Shown here: positions 19,415 to 31,202 of the stretch, one piece after another
Numbering within the stretch: the first letter of the stretch is position 1
Layout of the letters: each line of letters starts with the position of its first letter
Origin: Wallemia ichthyophaga EXF-994
Taxonomy: Eukaryota > Fungi > Basidiomycota
NCBI RefSeq assembly: GCF_000400465.1
Contig: NW_008806301.1
Coordinates: forward strand, 42,065 to 74,064
Length of the DNA: 32,000 nucleotides
Reading direction: 5' to 3'
Notes under the pieces: generated by a model
The model's input: the letters and a program-made list of their open reading frames with translations, nothing else
What the model was told of the DNA's origin: nothing
Database searches by the model: none
Made by a program: the position numbers and the translations under genes

Positions 19415-21161
19415 CTATAATCTACTCAGAACTGTATTCATGCGATCAATCAGGTATGATCTGATATCGTATACGCCATAAGTGAAATCTAAGCCAGTAA
19501 ATGCACAAAGCATTTCAATAGCCTGCTTAAAACCACCTTCACTAAGACTACCTTGTTCGTAAAAGCGTGTTATTTGAATAGCGTCAGATTTAATCAAGTC
19601 GACCATTGTTGGTTGATGACTCAATTTTCTCTTCAACTCCATTATCCATGCTAACTCATTATCCATCCTCTCTTGCTCGACTGAGTACTTTTCATGATTA
19701 AGATCATCGACAGCAACAGCAGCTGAAGCGAGTGCCAAGAGGTGATTATTAGCATGGTGATCTGAAAGAGCGTAGTTTGGTGCGCTAATATATGAACCAT
19801 CATGTCTAGTTTGAGCGGGGAGTGAATGTGACAAAGATTGAACTTGATGTTGTTGAGGGTGGTGGGTGTATGTATAAGACTGTGCTGCTGGAGATTCTAC
19901 TTGGTTGACCTCTTCCAAATAATCGGTAGTCTCCTCATGTTCTGATGGAGTCGCACTACCCATTTCTGATTCAGGTCCTTGAACAAAGCTACTAGCAGCA
20001 CTAACAGTGCTAACAGCACTAGGAGTACCACTTCCAGAAGCTGTAGCACCATTTACTTTACCTTTTCTAATATTATTGCGCTCTTTAAACTTTTCTACCC
20101 ATCCTGACGACGCTTTAAACTTTTCCTCAGGGTATCCGAGCGAGCGAGCGACAGTTTTAGCCTTTTCGCGTATAGCGTGGTCTGTCAAGTAGTAGTTGGT
20201 TAAAGCACAGTCTTGTGCCCATGCGGATAAGCGTGATTCAATGTCAGGAAACTTTGAAGGTCTGATGTGATTATATTGAGGTTAGTATTATGCGTAATAA
20301 TATGCAAATGGGAATTGAACCCACCTATGCTTAGCGACGCGTGCAGACGCACCACCTGGAATAATAGACTTCCACTTATCTTTTTGTTTGAGTATCTTTG
20401 AAACTGTGCTACGCTCAATCTGGTAACGAGAAGCGATATCTTCTTGACGTGCACTAGGGTTCTCTTCAGCAAACACACAAATAGCACGTCGGGTTTCGTT
20501 GATTAGTTTAGTTTTGCGACGTGGACCAATTGAGCTACCAGCAGAAGTGTTTGAAGAGCCACTGGGAGAGGGAGCCATGAGAGATTGAATGCCTGGAATC
20601 TGATTTGACATCCAATGTGGAGAAGGAGAATGCTTTGGAGAAGGCGTTGCTGCAGCTGACTGAGCTTGTTGCTGCTGAAACGAGAAGGAAGTTTGGGACG
20701 TTGAAGCGACACTGTTTGTAGGGGAAGTAGAGCGAGTGACGCAAGAACTAGAAGCCGTAGTAGGAGTCAGAGGTAGCCTGCCAATAGGAAGTGGAGTCTG
20801 GAGAGAATACATGGAGTTAAGCGGTGAGTTCATGTTGTGTGGTAATGCCGCGCCAGTAAGACCATTCGGTATGGTGCCAGGGGACTTTAAAGGGGTTAAC
20901 GGAGTTTATGGGGATTATTATGGATTGTTAAACACACCTGCATGTTCCTTGCAGCCATAGCAGCTCTATGCCTGGTCATAATCTGTTGGTGGTCAGCACC
21001 GGGACAAAAATTGCGTAAAAAATCAAACTAACACCAGAGCTGTCACCGTAAGATCCATGATTAAGAGCAGCAGCCATTCTGAGGTGGTTGTCTTGTTGAA
21101 AGGCCCATTCCTTTGCAGACTGCTGCGAATTGGATTGAGCGAGGTCTTGAGGGTGTTCCAT
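19415..21161 (-). CDS. CENP-B/Tc5(pogo)-type double-HTH DNA-binding protein without a DDE domain
   Basis: RRAICVFAEENPSARQEDIASRYQIERSTVSKILK, then (after an intron) RPSKFPDIESRLSAW...IREKAKTVA...FKASSGWVEKFKERNNI. Upstream exons are reconstructed to ATG 21161 (less certain); ATG 20833 is an alternative. Confidence 0.85.
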
Positions 21162-21282
21162 ATGGGTTTCAGTATCCAGCTAATTACTAGAATTTTAAGC
21201 GCTGGACACTCAAACTTTATCCAAGTTGAGTTGGCGTTGGAGGAAGAGATGTTTCTTTAAAATCAACAACGAATTTGAAAAA

Positions 21283-21518
21283 ATGTGAGCGCAAACAAAT
21301 CAAATTGAGCAGCCGCTGACATCAATTATCTACACAGGCCAAAGTATAACGATCCCTGGGCTAGAAGAGAGGCATGGCGAAGCAACCCCATCTTCGGTAT
21401 TGGCAAGTTCCATAAGAAACTCTTACCCGGTTTCGGCACGGCAGTCGTTGCATTCACCGCATACGTTTTGGCAGACAAAGTGCTCGAGGCACCACACGCA
21501 GACAAGAAGCACCACTAA
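21283..21518 (+). CDS. NDUFB3: NADH:ubiquinone oxidoreductase B12 subunit (NDUFB3/NB2M), 60 aa; missed by the ORF track
   Basis: AT|intron 21285-21337|G gives MPKYNDPWARREAWRSNPIFGIGKFHKKLLPGFGTAVVAFTAYVLADKVLEAPHADKKHH. DPWxRxEAWR plus PGFG-TM is the family signature. Confidence 0.88.
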
Positions 21519-21530
21519 TTGTACACTACT

Positions 21531-22499
21531 CTACATCTGATTCCTGACTACATCTAATCCGACCTCGTACACTCCCAAGAATACAGCACCACCTGCTGAA
21601 ATCCATGCAACGCGTGGAACTAAACCTGCAAAGAAAGCTCTATAACCTCCTTGGTTGTATACGCTGCTTATGACGGTTGCAAATGAGATGCGCTGTGTTT
21701 GTGTTAGTGTGGTTTAATAAACAGTAACTTATCTACACACCTCCTTTGAAAGCATTGTCCGCGTTTTTATCACGTCTAGCGGTGTCGTCGAGCCTGCTGC
21801 CACCGCTCCGGCTACTGTCCCGCACAGCGCACCTTCATGGGGTCTAGCGTGGTCTCTGCCTTTATACCTAGCAACACGAGATTTGAGATATTCGTAGAGT
21901 GGAAATTGTACGCTTGTGAAAGGTATCTCTCTGAAGACTGTAATACCAAACCCTCTATAGAAACCTTTCAGCCCTTCCTGAGAAATGAGTAGCTGAGCTG
22001 CCTTCAGACTGCTCACACTGCCATATGCCATCGTCTGTTGCCTAGACTTGACTACCTCCGTTGGTACTCGTATCAAGCAAGCTGCTGTTTCACCACCAGA
22101 TCCAGCAAGCATGTGTACAGCTGCATCTGGGAGGTTCGAGAAGCTAGAAATTGTTGGAATCGCTTTCTTAAGCGTCTCATAAGTTGTGAAGAAGGCAGCC
22201 GCTGTGATGTGATCTGAGTCTTGGTGCGCACGTCTATTGAGCCCAACATACCACCTGGCGCACCACCGAATGCTACACTTCCAACGCCTTTGTAAATATT
22301 TCTAAATCCGCCCGCTTTTATGAATCCTTGCGTAGATTGCAACCTCGTCTTGAGTGTGTCGACTGGGTAGAAGAACACATCTACTGTTACACCCGAGAGC
22401 GCACCTGCCTAATTCAAGTGAGTTTATGCTTCACAATTCACTCATTTATCTCCAACTCACAAACAACGCGTGGTAGAACGGAGGTGGTGTATTCGACAT
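21531..22499 (-). CDS. PET8: Mitochondrial carrier, S-adenosylmethionine transporter (Pet8/Sam5, SLC25A26-like)
   Basis: Three PX[DE]XX[KR]X[RK] repeats (YPVDTLKTR, VPTEVVKSR, TPLDVIKTR), FREIPFTSVQFPLYE, and PRVAWISAGGAVFLGVYE. Confidence 0.9.
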
Positions 22500-22535
22500 G
22501 GTCGCTGAACACGAATAAGTTATTATAAAATACCT

Positions 22536-24482
22536 TCACTTTAGAGTTACTACAATTTGATCCCCGCTTTCAACGCTAAACCACCGAAGATCTTTGTAGT
22601 CATCGTCCAAATCCACATCGGTGCGTTCGTCTTCGACTTGTCCCATCATGTTCGGTTGTGGTATCATGGTAGCTGTTAGTTTAAATTTGGTGTGAGAAAT
22701 ACCAAAGATTCTTTCAACTATCACCCGCAGCTTCTTTACTGGGATGGACGAGATGGTTGTAAGTGGGTATGTCTTGCTATCCATGCGCAATTCTATGTCT
22801 AAGAGGGATTAATGGGTGTTTTCAAGGCGTAGAAATAACCCACTGAGCTTCTTCATTTGCAAATGAGTAAGTGTTTTGCTTGGCTGACTACTAGGTTGAT
22901 AGTCGTACTCTTCAGCGATTCGATTGTTGTTAGTTTCAAAGCAGAGATAACAAATACCACCCACTCTCACAAAGCTCTTTGTAGCGCGCCTGTTTGGGAT
23001 CCTCTTCAGTCGGTATATTCTTGATATAGAAGTATTCTGCATCTTTTCTCTCTTCGATCGATACCTGTTAGGCAGGTCATTGAGCTGGGCAGTCATGCGA
23101 AGAAGGTTACCCACCTCGCTTAGGTTGAGCAGATGCAACTTTTCAAACCTTGCTATGACCTTCTGTCTTGCCTTGCCGACATCTGTCTCTGAAGTGTGGG
23201 TGAGATTTGAGGGCCATCTGATGATACAACAGCCTACGCGTGCTCATGATAGGGCAGTCAGTCAGCGACAGTGACTCTAATTGTGGTACCTGCAATGCCA
23301 ATGCGTCAACAGATATCCAATCTTTGATCTCGTTGCGCGACAGTTTGAGCGTCTTGATTGAATTGTTCGGTGAAACTGAGCGGGGTTTGTAAGGTATCCT
23401 TGCAATCTTGTTGCTGTCGATATTTAGAGTTTGCAAGCTGAACTGGATTAGCTTAGGGTGGAAAGGAGTTGCTGAACAAACCTCGACATCCGTAACAGTT
23501 TCTCAACCTCGTTCCATTCTGAAATGTTATTGTGTGACATTATGAGTGTATGAAGGGTGGCGATAATAGGTGCATCTTTCAATAATTCTATTCCATTATA
23601 TCCCAGCTCGAGCTCCTCTAATGAGCCAAGCGAATCACTCAAAGCAACCACCTTTGTAATGTTAGCCAGGACAGTCAATTCAAGCAGAGCGCACCTCGCT
23701 ATAATCTGTGAGAGTGTTGTTAAGCTTCAAAATTTTAAGTTTGTGCAAGTGTGGGTATGGTCTGTTCCATATAGCGACTCTGTTCGAGCTGATGTGGTGT
23801 TATTGAGGTGAGTAAGCCATTGCCATCTACTCACCTAATATCAAGCTCCTGTATGCTAGGCAGGTATTCCACGAGCTTATCGACGTCCTCCATGGACGAT
23901 ATTAAAGAATGCGCCAGCGAGAGCTGTCTTAAACCTGTACACATGTGAGACAAACTCCGATAAGAACAATATCGCTCACTTTGCGCCTCTCGCCTTACTT
24001 GATCCTTATCACTATCCCCAATCCCAAAGACAGCCATGTGCTCCAAACCTGCAACCTTGAGCTGAGACGTTTGGCTGAGTTTCTTGCTAATGCGATCAAT
24101 ATTCGGAGCAAATTCAAGCTTATCGTCGCTATATGCGTACTTTTGCTTGAAAGCATTAAGGAATGATTGCCCTGTATGTATCTTCTTGGATGGTCGAACA
24201 AACGTCGCAGAAAAGGGAATTCTGAATAATTTCATGTAAGCTGGGCGTGTATTTCAACTAGAAATTCTCCCACTTGGTTTTAAAGTACTGCTTGCCATCC
24301 TTGTCGCCGCTGTGCTTCCCCCGGCTACTATCATCCCACTCAATGCCGCACCACAAGCCATCGGTAGAATCAACAGGGCCAAAATATTTAACAGTTCCAC
24401 GTAAATTACTCAATTCACCTTTACTCGTGAGCAATTGAATCCTTTGAGGGATACCTCTAATATCAACGTGGTTGTTATCCAT
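22536..24482 (-). CDS. TBCE: Tubulin-specific chaperone E (CAP-Gly + LRR + ubiquitin-like)
   Basis: CAP-Gly GTVKYFGPV...WCGIEWDDSSRGKHSG; LRR exons (LEELELGYNGI, LHTLIMSHNNI, IKTLKLSRNEI); C-terminal UBL (DLDDDYKDLRWFSVESGDQI); many introns. Confidence 0.9.
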
Positions 24483-24521
24483 AAAAGTAGCAAATCTAAT
24501 GAAATCCAGTTTATTTTACAA

Positions 24522-26924
24522 TCAAATCTTCTCATTTCCAAAGAAGCTACCAAAATCAAATGATGTTGGCGACGCTGTTATCTCCTGTATGAAATGATTC
24601 GATAACAACTCTTCCATGGAAATATTTGGTGGATTGAGTGATGGTAGATTATCCATGCCTTGGTTACTGCTCGTGTTTGATTCAGCGGGGGCGTATTCCA
24701 TCGCAGGTGCAACTTCCGGGCCTATAGTTGGAGTTTGAGTTGCAGTAGTTGGTGGTGAAGGTTTCTGAGGTGGAGTTCTTGACAATTTTTGCACTATTCC
24801 ACTATCAGGTAGGGATATGAATGATTGAATCGCGTCTGATGTTAGAGAGAAGTCAACTTGGTCTAAACCACTGACTGATGCTCGTTGTTCTAAGAGATTA
24901 ACAATATAACCTATACCCTGCCAAGGAATGGTCATTCTTTTGAGTGCTTTGTACACTATAAAGAAGTTTTGAGCAGAAATTGTTCCTAGCAATCCTGTGC
25001 CTGGAGTGTGTTATTGATAGTTTTCGCTTTGAAAAATTACTAACCTTTATCAGCATTCACCTCAGCTGGTACGGAAAGAGGATCGTTTGAATCTGTAGAC
25101 TTCTTGAGCGGTCCCAAAGACACATTGTGATTTACACGGGCATCATGTACAAATGCACATGCAGCAATAAATAACGGTTGTGAAATAAATGGCGATGCAA
25201 GATAACTTTGGTTAGTGAATAGGTCAGCAAAGACAAGACACTCTGATATCATCTGTGCTGAATTTAGTGAGCTTTTGAGTGACGCTTCTGTGACGTTTGA
25301 GCCTGGCGTTTGATGTTGATCAACAAATGCCAGTACAGCGTTGTCTTGGAATTTTTTTGTTAGTAGTTGTAAAAAAAAAAAAAAGATAACCCCACTCACA
25401 CCACAAGTGGATGAACAAGTATAAACCACCTTGGCCATTCGCAGCGTGTAATTTCAAGTTCTCGACAGACCACTTAATATCCGAGGGCAGATTGGTGTAA
25501 AAGTCTCTCAACTGAGCTTCAAGGAAGTGTCTGCGATCATTGTTCTGTGCTTCGACGTCTTGAGTGTCATTCGATCTGCGCCTCCTGAGGACGTCCCTGC
25601 AATTAAGTGTATCACTTATTCTTCCAACTAGAATAATCATTTTGACAGCGACAGGAAAGCACCATGGTATTTGATTTGGAGGAGCAAAAGGAACGAACGC
25701 AGGTAGAGGTGGCTGGTGGGATGATTCCGGTAGGGTGATCTCGACATTCTCAGACATAGACGAAGGTCTACCGGTACCAAAGGACAGCACTCTATCCTAA
25801 GTCCGAAGTTAGCGGGGAATGACGTAATCGGAGGAACGCACCATGACAAAGAGAGTCCAAAAGAGGAGCCTTGCACGGCGAGCTTCATCTGGAGATTCGA
25901 ACAGGGCGTCGACAGTGCTATTATGGAGACCCAAATCAAAGGCCATTCGGATAGCCATACCGGAGAACTGCCATAAACCACTCTCGGAGTTTTGACCGAA
26001 TTCGCAGTAGCTGAGAAGTAAAAGGCCGGCGACGGTGTCAGTTGTAGGTAGTCTAAGTAGTTCTATTAGCAGGGTATTCGCTTGTTGGATATAGGGCAAG
26101 CTCGCTTGGACGGGGTTCATATCAGGGGGCGGAACAAAGCGGACTGCGGTACCACAAATGGCGTTGACGAGAAAAGCGGACATGGTGCCATTGCGGAGTC
26201 TGGATTCAACGGAACCTCTCTCGAGGAAAGGAAAAAATTGAACGAGATCACGGAAGAATATGTCGAGTAAAGGACCGTAGGTGGATGGAGTGGGCATCTT
26301 GGAAATGGGATCGAAGAAGGCGTTGTTTGAAGTGTTTGGGATGTTAGGGAGGCCGTCGAGGAGGATAGATCGGGGAGAAATTTGCTGCGTCATGGGCTTA
26401 TGTTTGAGTTTTATGCAGATTCTGTTGAGGCCTGGGTGAAGAGCGGTAGAGCCAGACTAAAGGGAGTCAGGCGAGTGAGTATATCTATTGAATGCACAAT
26501 AAACAATACACACCATTCTATACTGTATTATATGTCAAAAGAAATTGTGTCACGATTGAGCGACTCACATAATACAGCTTGAGCTCATCACCGCCGCCAG
26601 TGTCATCAATGTAAGTGATTTGATTAGTCACAGCTTGCATGAGATTGATTGAAGATGACGTTGATTGGTCTGTCGACTGATCTGTATCTCTCTGCCGTGC
26701 GGCTTCCATCTCTTTACGTGTACGCTTGCGACGTCTACCTGGGCAATTTCAGAGATGGATTTAGTTGCGGGTAGATGCAACGTACCAGATGGCCAATCAC
26801 AGTGTACATTTGCTTTGTTACAAGCATCACAGCGGCCGTCAACGTTGCCATCGCTAGTGATACACTTGCTCTTCTTTGCTCTACATCGTAAACAAGCCAA
26901 GTTTATCTTTAAATTTGTGTCCAT
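24522..26924 (-). CDS. Zn(II)2Cys6 transcription factor with fungal-specific TF domain
   Basis: CLRCRAKKSKCITSDGNVDGRCDACNKANVHCDWP binuclear cluster; middle region GLWQFSGMAIRMAFDLGLH...RARLLFWTLFVM. Exon boundaries were only partly resolved. Confidence 0.9.
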
Positions 26925-26993
26925 CTCCTTGTCTTGTTCAGCGTTAGCGAGCAACCGTCGTGTGGGAAATACAAACAATTAATAAATAACATC

Positions 26994-28544
26994 ATGGAAC
27001 AGCAGTTTGAACCTAAACCGAGGCCTGAAATTCAAGCTGGTATTTATCCCACTGAGGTTATTCGTGTGCGTGTTCATTGAGCCATTCAACCCACCCATCA
27101 CTCACGTACACCACTCAGGACGTAGCCGAGAGCGTCGGTATCACTGGTTTAACTGACAGTGTCGCAACGGGCTTGGCTGGCGATGTAGAATACCGCATCA
27201 CTCTTGTCATTGAGGTGTGTTTCCCTTGTGCACAACCCCATTCACTCACCCTCTCCTAGGAGGCAAACAAGTTCATGAAGCACTCAAAGCGCTCCACGCT
27301 CCTCCCTTGTGACATTGAGAACGCGCTCAAGGTCCTCAACATCGAGCCCCTCTACTCCCCGCACCCTGCTTCCTCAGTGCCTACTTATAGGAGAGTCCCT
27401 ACCTCGGCTGGCCCCGTTTTCGCTTTGGAAGACAAGGAAATCGACTTTGAGAAGGCTTTGAGGGAGCCCCTCCCGAGACTCTCCAAAGGTCCTTCCTACA
27501 CTGCTCATTGGCTGGCCATCGAGGGTGTTCAACCACTCATCCCCCAGAACCCCGCTCCTGTTGACGCTGCTCCTATTCATCAACTCGCTCCCGCTCAACC
27601 TGCTCTGAATAATAATTCCTCAAACCCTAATCCCTCCTCATCCACCACCATTCACCCCCCAGTCAAGCACCTCCTTTCTCACGAACTGCAGCTATACTAC
27701 ATTAGGCTCACCTCCGCCCTTCTCTCCCCCGCTTCAAATGCTTCCGAGGCTAGACAAGCTGCCCTCGCCAGTTTGCGCGGTGACCCTGGTCTCGGCGGTC
27801 TCGTTCCATACCTCGTTAGGTTCGCCGCGGAGAAGGTCTCAACTAACTTGTCCAATGTTGATATCGTAGACGCCATGCTTGGTGTCGTACATTCTCTCAT
27901 AGAAAATCAAACTCTCTTCATCGAACCTTACCTACACCAGATCCTCCCATTGCTCCTAACTACCCTTCTCACCTCTTCCTATCCTGCCCCTCCTAATCAG
28001 CACGCCCTTTGGCTACGTCAAAAGTCAGCATCACTCATCTCTAGGCTTCTCCATGAGTACGGTAGCAGTTACCCTACTTTGTCAGGAAGAGTTGCCAAGA
28101 CGCTCCTCAGTGCACTCAAGGGTGACCAACACTCCGTTGGTGAGATTGCTTCTCGTGATGTAGGAACTAGAATGGGTAGCTTGTTAGGTCTTATGGCGGT
28201 AGGAAAGCACACGGCAATCAGAGCACTCATTCATGACAGCGGTGAGTATCATTTTAGACGGTTTATTACATTATATGCTAACCTTTATTACAGGTATTAA
28301 AGGTATTAGTGAGCTCACTGAGTCGCTCGACCAAGATGCAAGGTTGCAGGTCGTCGATACCGTTGTTGAGGTGCTCATTCAAGTATTGCCAGAATCCAAG
28401 GCTGCAAAAGTTGACTCTAAGCACATTGAAAACCTCTGCGCTCAAGTCTGCGGCTCTATCATTACCTCTCATGTATTCCTCAAAAAGCCGGAACTAGCGT
28501 CATCGATAGTGTCAACTTTGGAGGATGAGAAATTCGTTGAGTGA
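26994..28544 (+). CDS. TAF6: TFIID/SAGA subunit TAF6
   Basis: Histone fold (VIR|DVAESVGI...LAGDVEYRI...|EANKFMKHSKRSTLLPCDIENAL), SYTAHWLAIEGVQPLIPQNP, KHLLSHELQLYY, ALASLRGDPGLGGLVPY, LFIEPYLHQ. Confidence 0.95.
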
Positions 28545-28579
28545 TTTAGATTTTTTGTATTTTATTGCCTTAATTTATA

Positions 28580-30270
28580 TTAAAAGTACTCGCCAATACA
28601 ATGCCAATATTTTATATTTATAGTATTATCACTATATTCGGCACAGGATATATCATAAAAAAAGCATTCAATCAATTTACCTCGAAGCGCCACAACTTGA
28701 AGCCTGTAAAGTTCTGGGTTTCGGATAAATGGAGATATCTTTCTGAGCCCGTTGTAACTCCGGATGATGAAATTCCGGCTAATGAAACCCGCATGATAAC
28801 TCGGGTAATTAAACACCCCAGCATCCGATAATGTCTGTTCAAAATCCATGGCGCAATTATCACAGTAATTTTAATGTGGGTGTAATTGTAGTGCTGCGTA
28901 TCTCTAATGATGTAATAAATATCAAGACAAAACATTTATAATGATGGCATGTTCCAAGGTCATTAATATGCTTAGTATCAGTATCAGCAGATTTCCATTC
29001 GCTATAGTATACAGAAAAGCTTCACAAGCTACCAAATCAAACCGTCTTTCCGCTGAGATTATGTTGATCAGGCGAACCCAAGAACTACCTGAACGGCATG
29101 AAGATGTCAGTACTCATATGAAAATCGCAAAGAGAAAACAGCACCTCACTCACTAAGTTTTTAATCTAAACAAATCATCTAGTAAGACCGTGTACTGATA
29201 ATAACTTTTGCACATAGACAACTCATCAACTTATTCACACTTGTTGAATTGGGGAATGAAGATAAAATACACTACTATATGATATGATATCACATTACAT
29301 CGATCAAGCTTAGGATTTCCTCCGAGCTGGCAGAAGCGAGGACGCAATTAAAAACGATATTGGCATCTGTGCTTTCAAGCTTCACTAGCGCGTCTGTGAT
29401 TGTGTGGATGATTGTCTTCGATTGTAGCAGTGCAATCTCTTCCTCCGTGATTGGCTCTATCGATGGGTGCAGCTTGTCCTGTCAAGTAACCCTTAGACCC
29501 ATCGTCGATGAGCTTGAGTGGCTCAGGAAGCAAATATCAATCCCAGCAATATCCGTTAGATTGTCCTAATTTTGCAATAAAATCTACCTCAAATACCCCG
29601 CAAAGGTCATACACCCTACCCCCACATACATCTGCAAACCACTGAAGGCTTCTTGCGCGCTTTAAAGACCCTAGGCGCATAACTCTGAGCAAAGCCTTCG
29701 ATCCACAGCGTTTAAACAATTAGTAAGGAAGGTATTATCGATTGAGAAATTCAATAAACGAGGTGCTTTAAAACTTTTATTGAGCTTGTTTATGTCCCTC
29801 AAGTCGAATGAATCGCCTTTATCATCCAATGACGTTTCTAGCCTGACTCAAAGCTGGTACGCGACAAATTTATACGGATCTACTATCGTTCTGTTTCCTC
29901 TCAGGACCAAGTTTTCATTAAATCAGCTAATGATTGAATCTCTGATTGTGATGGTTAATTGATTGAAGTGCCTCCTCTCGACGCGACGACAAAAAATACG
30001 TGACACAGATAGGCAGGTTATTATAGTAAATACTATAACTACTCGGAGACTATCATGCAGATATGCTTTGAACTTATACAACTGTATATACAGATGCATA
30101 TCGACAATTACCTCGCGATAACGACAAGCCCACACACTTTACCCAAACCACTAAGGTCGATAAGATTCGTTAACAAATCTCTATTAATCAATTTAGGCAA
30201 AATGGAATAATAGGCGAAATTGTCAGATCTCCTCAATCGTATTATCAAGAACCCCTGCGATTGAACGGAT
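28580..30270 (-). pseudogene. Probable decayed multi-exon gene of unrecognised family
   Basis: A clean 60-codon exon-like block at 29299-29478 is flanked by CAG and GTAATG. Other protein-like frames are broken by in-frame stops (29923, 29848, 29671, 29662). Residual GTATGT/GTGAGT donors and a CTGAC...CAG acceptor. Boundaries are approximate. Confidence 0.4.
28601..28831 (+). CDS. Possible 76-aa single-TM orphan microprotein
   Basis: ATG start, N-terminal hydrophobic stretch (PIFYIYSIITIFGTGYII) followed by basic residues. No family recognised; it overlaps antisense ORFs. Confidence 0.3.
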   Translation: MPIFYIYSIITIFGTGYIIKKAFNQFTSKRHNLKPVKFWVSDKWRYLSEPVVTPDDEIPANETRMITRVIKHPSIR

Positions 30271-30780
30271 AAGAATGAAGAATTAGACGAGCGCGGAAGA
30301 ATGCAATGCTTGAGGCTTGATAGCTATACCCTAGTTTAATTAAAACAAACTTAAATTTTTGCGCCATACTATTGCCTACGCGCCTTTGTTAAAGTAGCCG
30401 CTTATGCTAATAAGCCTTTGCTAGTGATCACTGCAATGAAGCAGACCCGTTGTCTATTATAACGACGTGCGACTCATAAATTTGCTCCAACGGCTTATTT
30501 TTCCCCGATCGGACACACTCTCAAGCGTTGATATGAATGAGACTTGTACTGTCACTAGTCTCGTATTGCATCAAATCAATGAATGGGTAAGGGATCAAGA
30601 ACGTTAATGAGATAGAGTTTGTTGTAACTTTTATTTACTTTGGGTCATCCATGCTTCGATAGATATGGAGTAATTGCGGTTTTGCTCGCGTATTTGCATA
30701 GATGAGATAGTGAGACATGAAAGTAACTAGAGCTTATTAAGTAATATTCAATGCTTAATTCTACAAATGGCAGGAACCTT

Positions 30781-31142
30781 TTAAATGAGAGGGATTGGAG
30801 TGCAGTTGATACCGACGAGACCATCGTCCTTGACGTCCTCACAACAGGTTGGGGTGTTCTTGCACTCGTCTGTGGCGTGTTAGCTGTGATATAAAGCAAG
30901 CGCGTTTACTAACCTTCAATTGCAACTCCAATGAGGAGAGGGATTTGAGTGCATTGGATGGCGACTTGGTCGAGGATGTTGCCGGTGTGGAGGAGGCCGT
31001 CTTCTTCACCGGTGGACTTTTGGGCCTTCTTGTTGGTATCGCAGCACGAGAGTTTTCCGGTATTGCATGAGCCGGTCTTGGAGGTCCAGCCAGCTGAGAC
31101 AGAGGCGACGAGGGCAGCAGCGAAGACAGTTTGAGCGATCAT
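30781..31142 (-). CDS. Class I hydrophobin, 105 aa
   Basis: Signal MIAQTVFAAALVASVSA; 44-nt intron at 30870-30913; eight Cys in the pattern C-X6-CC-X29-C-X14-C-X5-CC-X12-C, ending GINCTPIPLI. Confidence 0.96.
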
Positions 31143-31194
31143 AGTGAGATTGGAAGAGTTGTTGAGTGTAATATTATCCCAAGGAGACCTTCTA

Positions 31195-31202
31195 CTTTTA
31201 TA
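31195..31202 (-). promoter_or_regulatory. TATA box of hydrophobin gene
   Basis: TATAAAAG about 50 nt upstream of ATG 31142. Confidence 0.65.

Noticed and set aside
19415-20833. Active Tc5/pogo transposon
   Set aside because: No DDE domain, TIRs or target-site duplication; introns and tight embedding among host genes indicate domestication.
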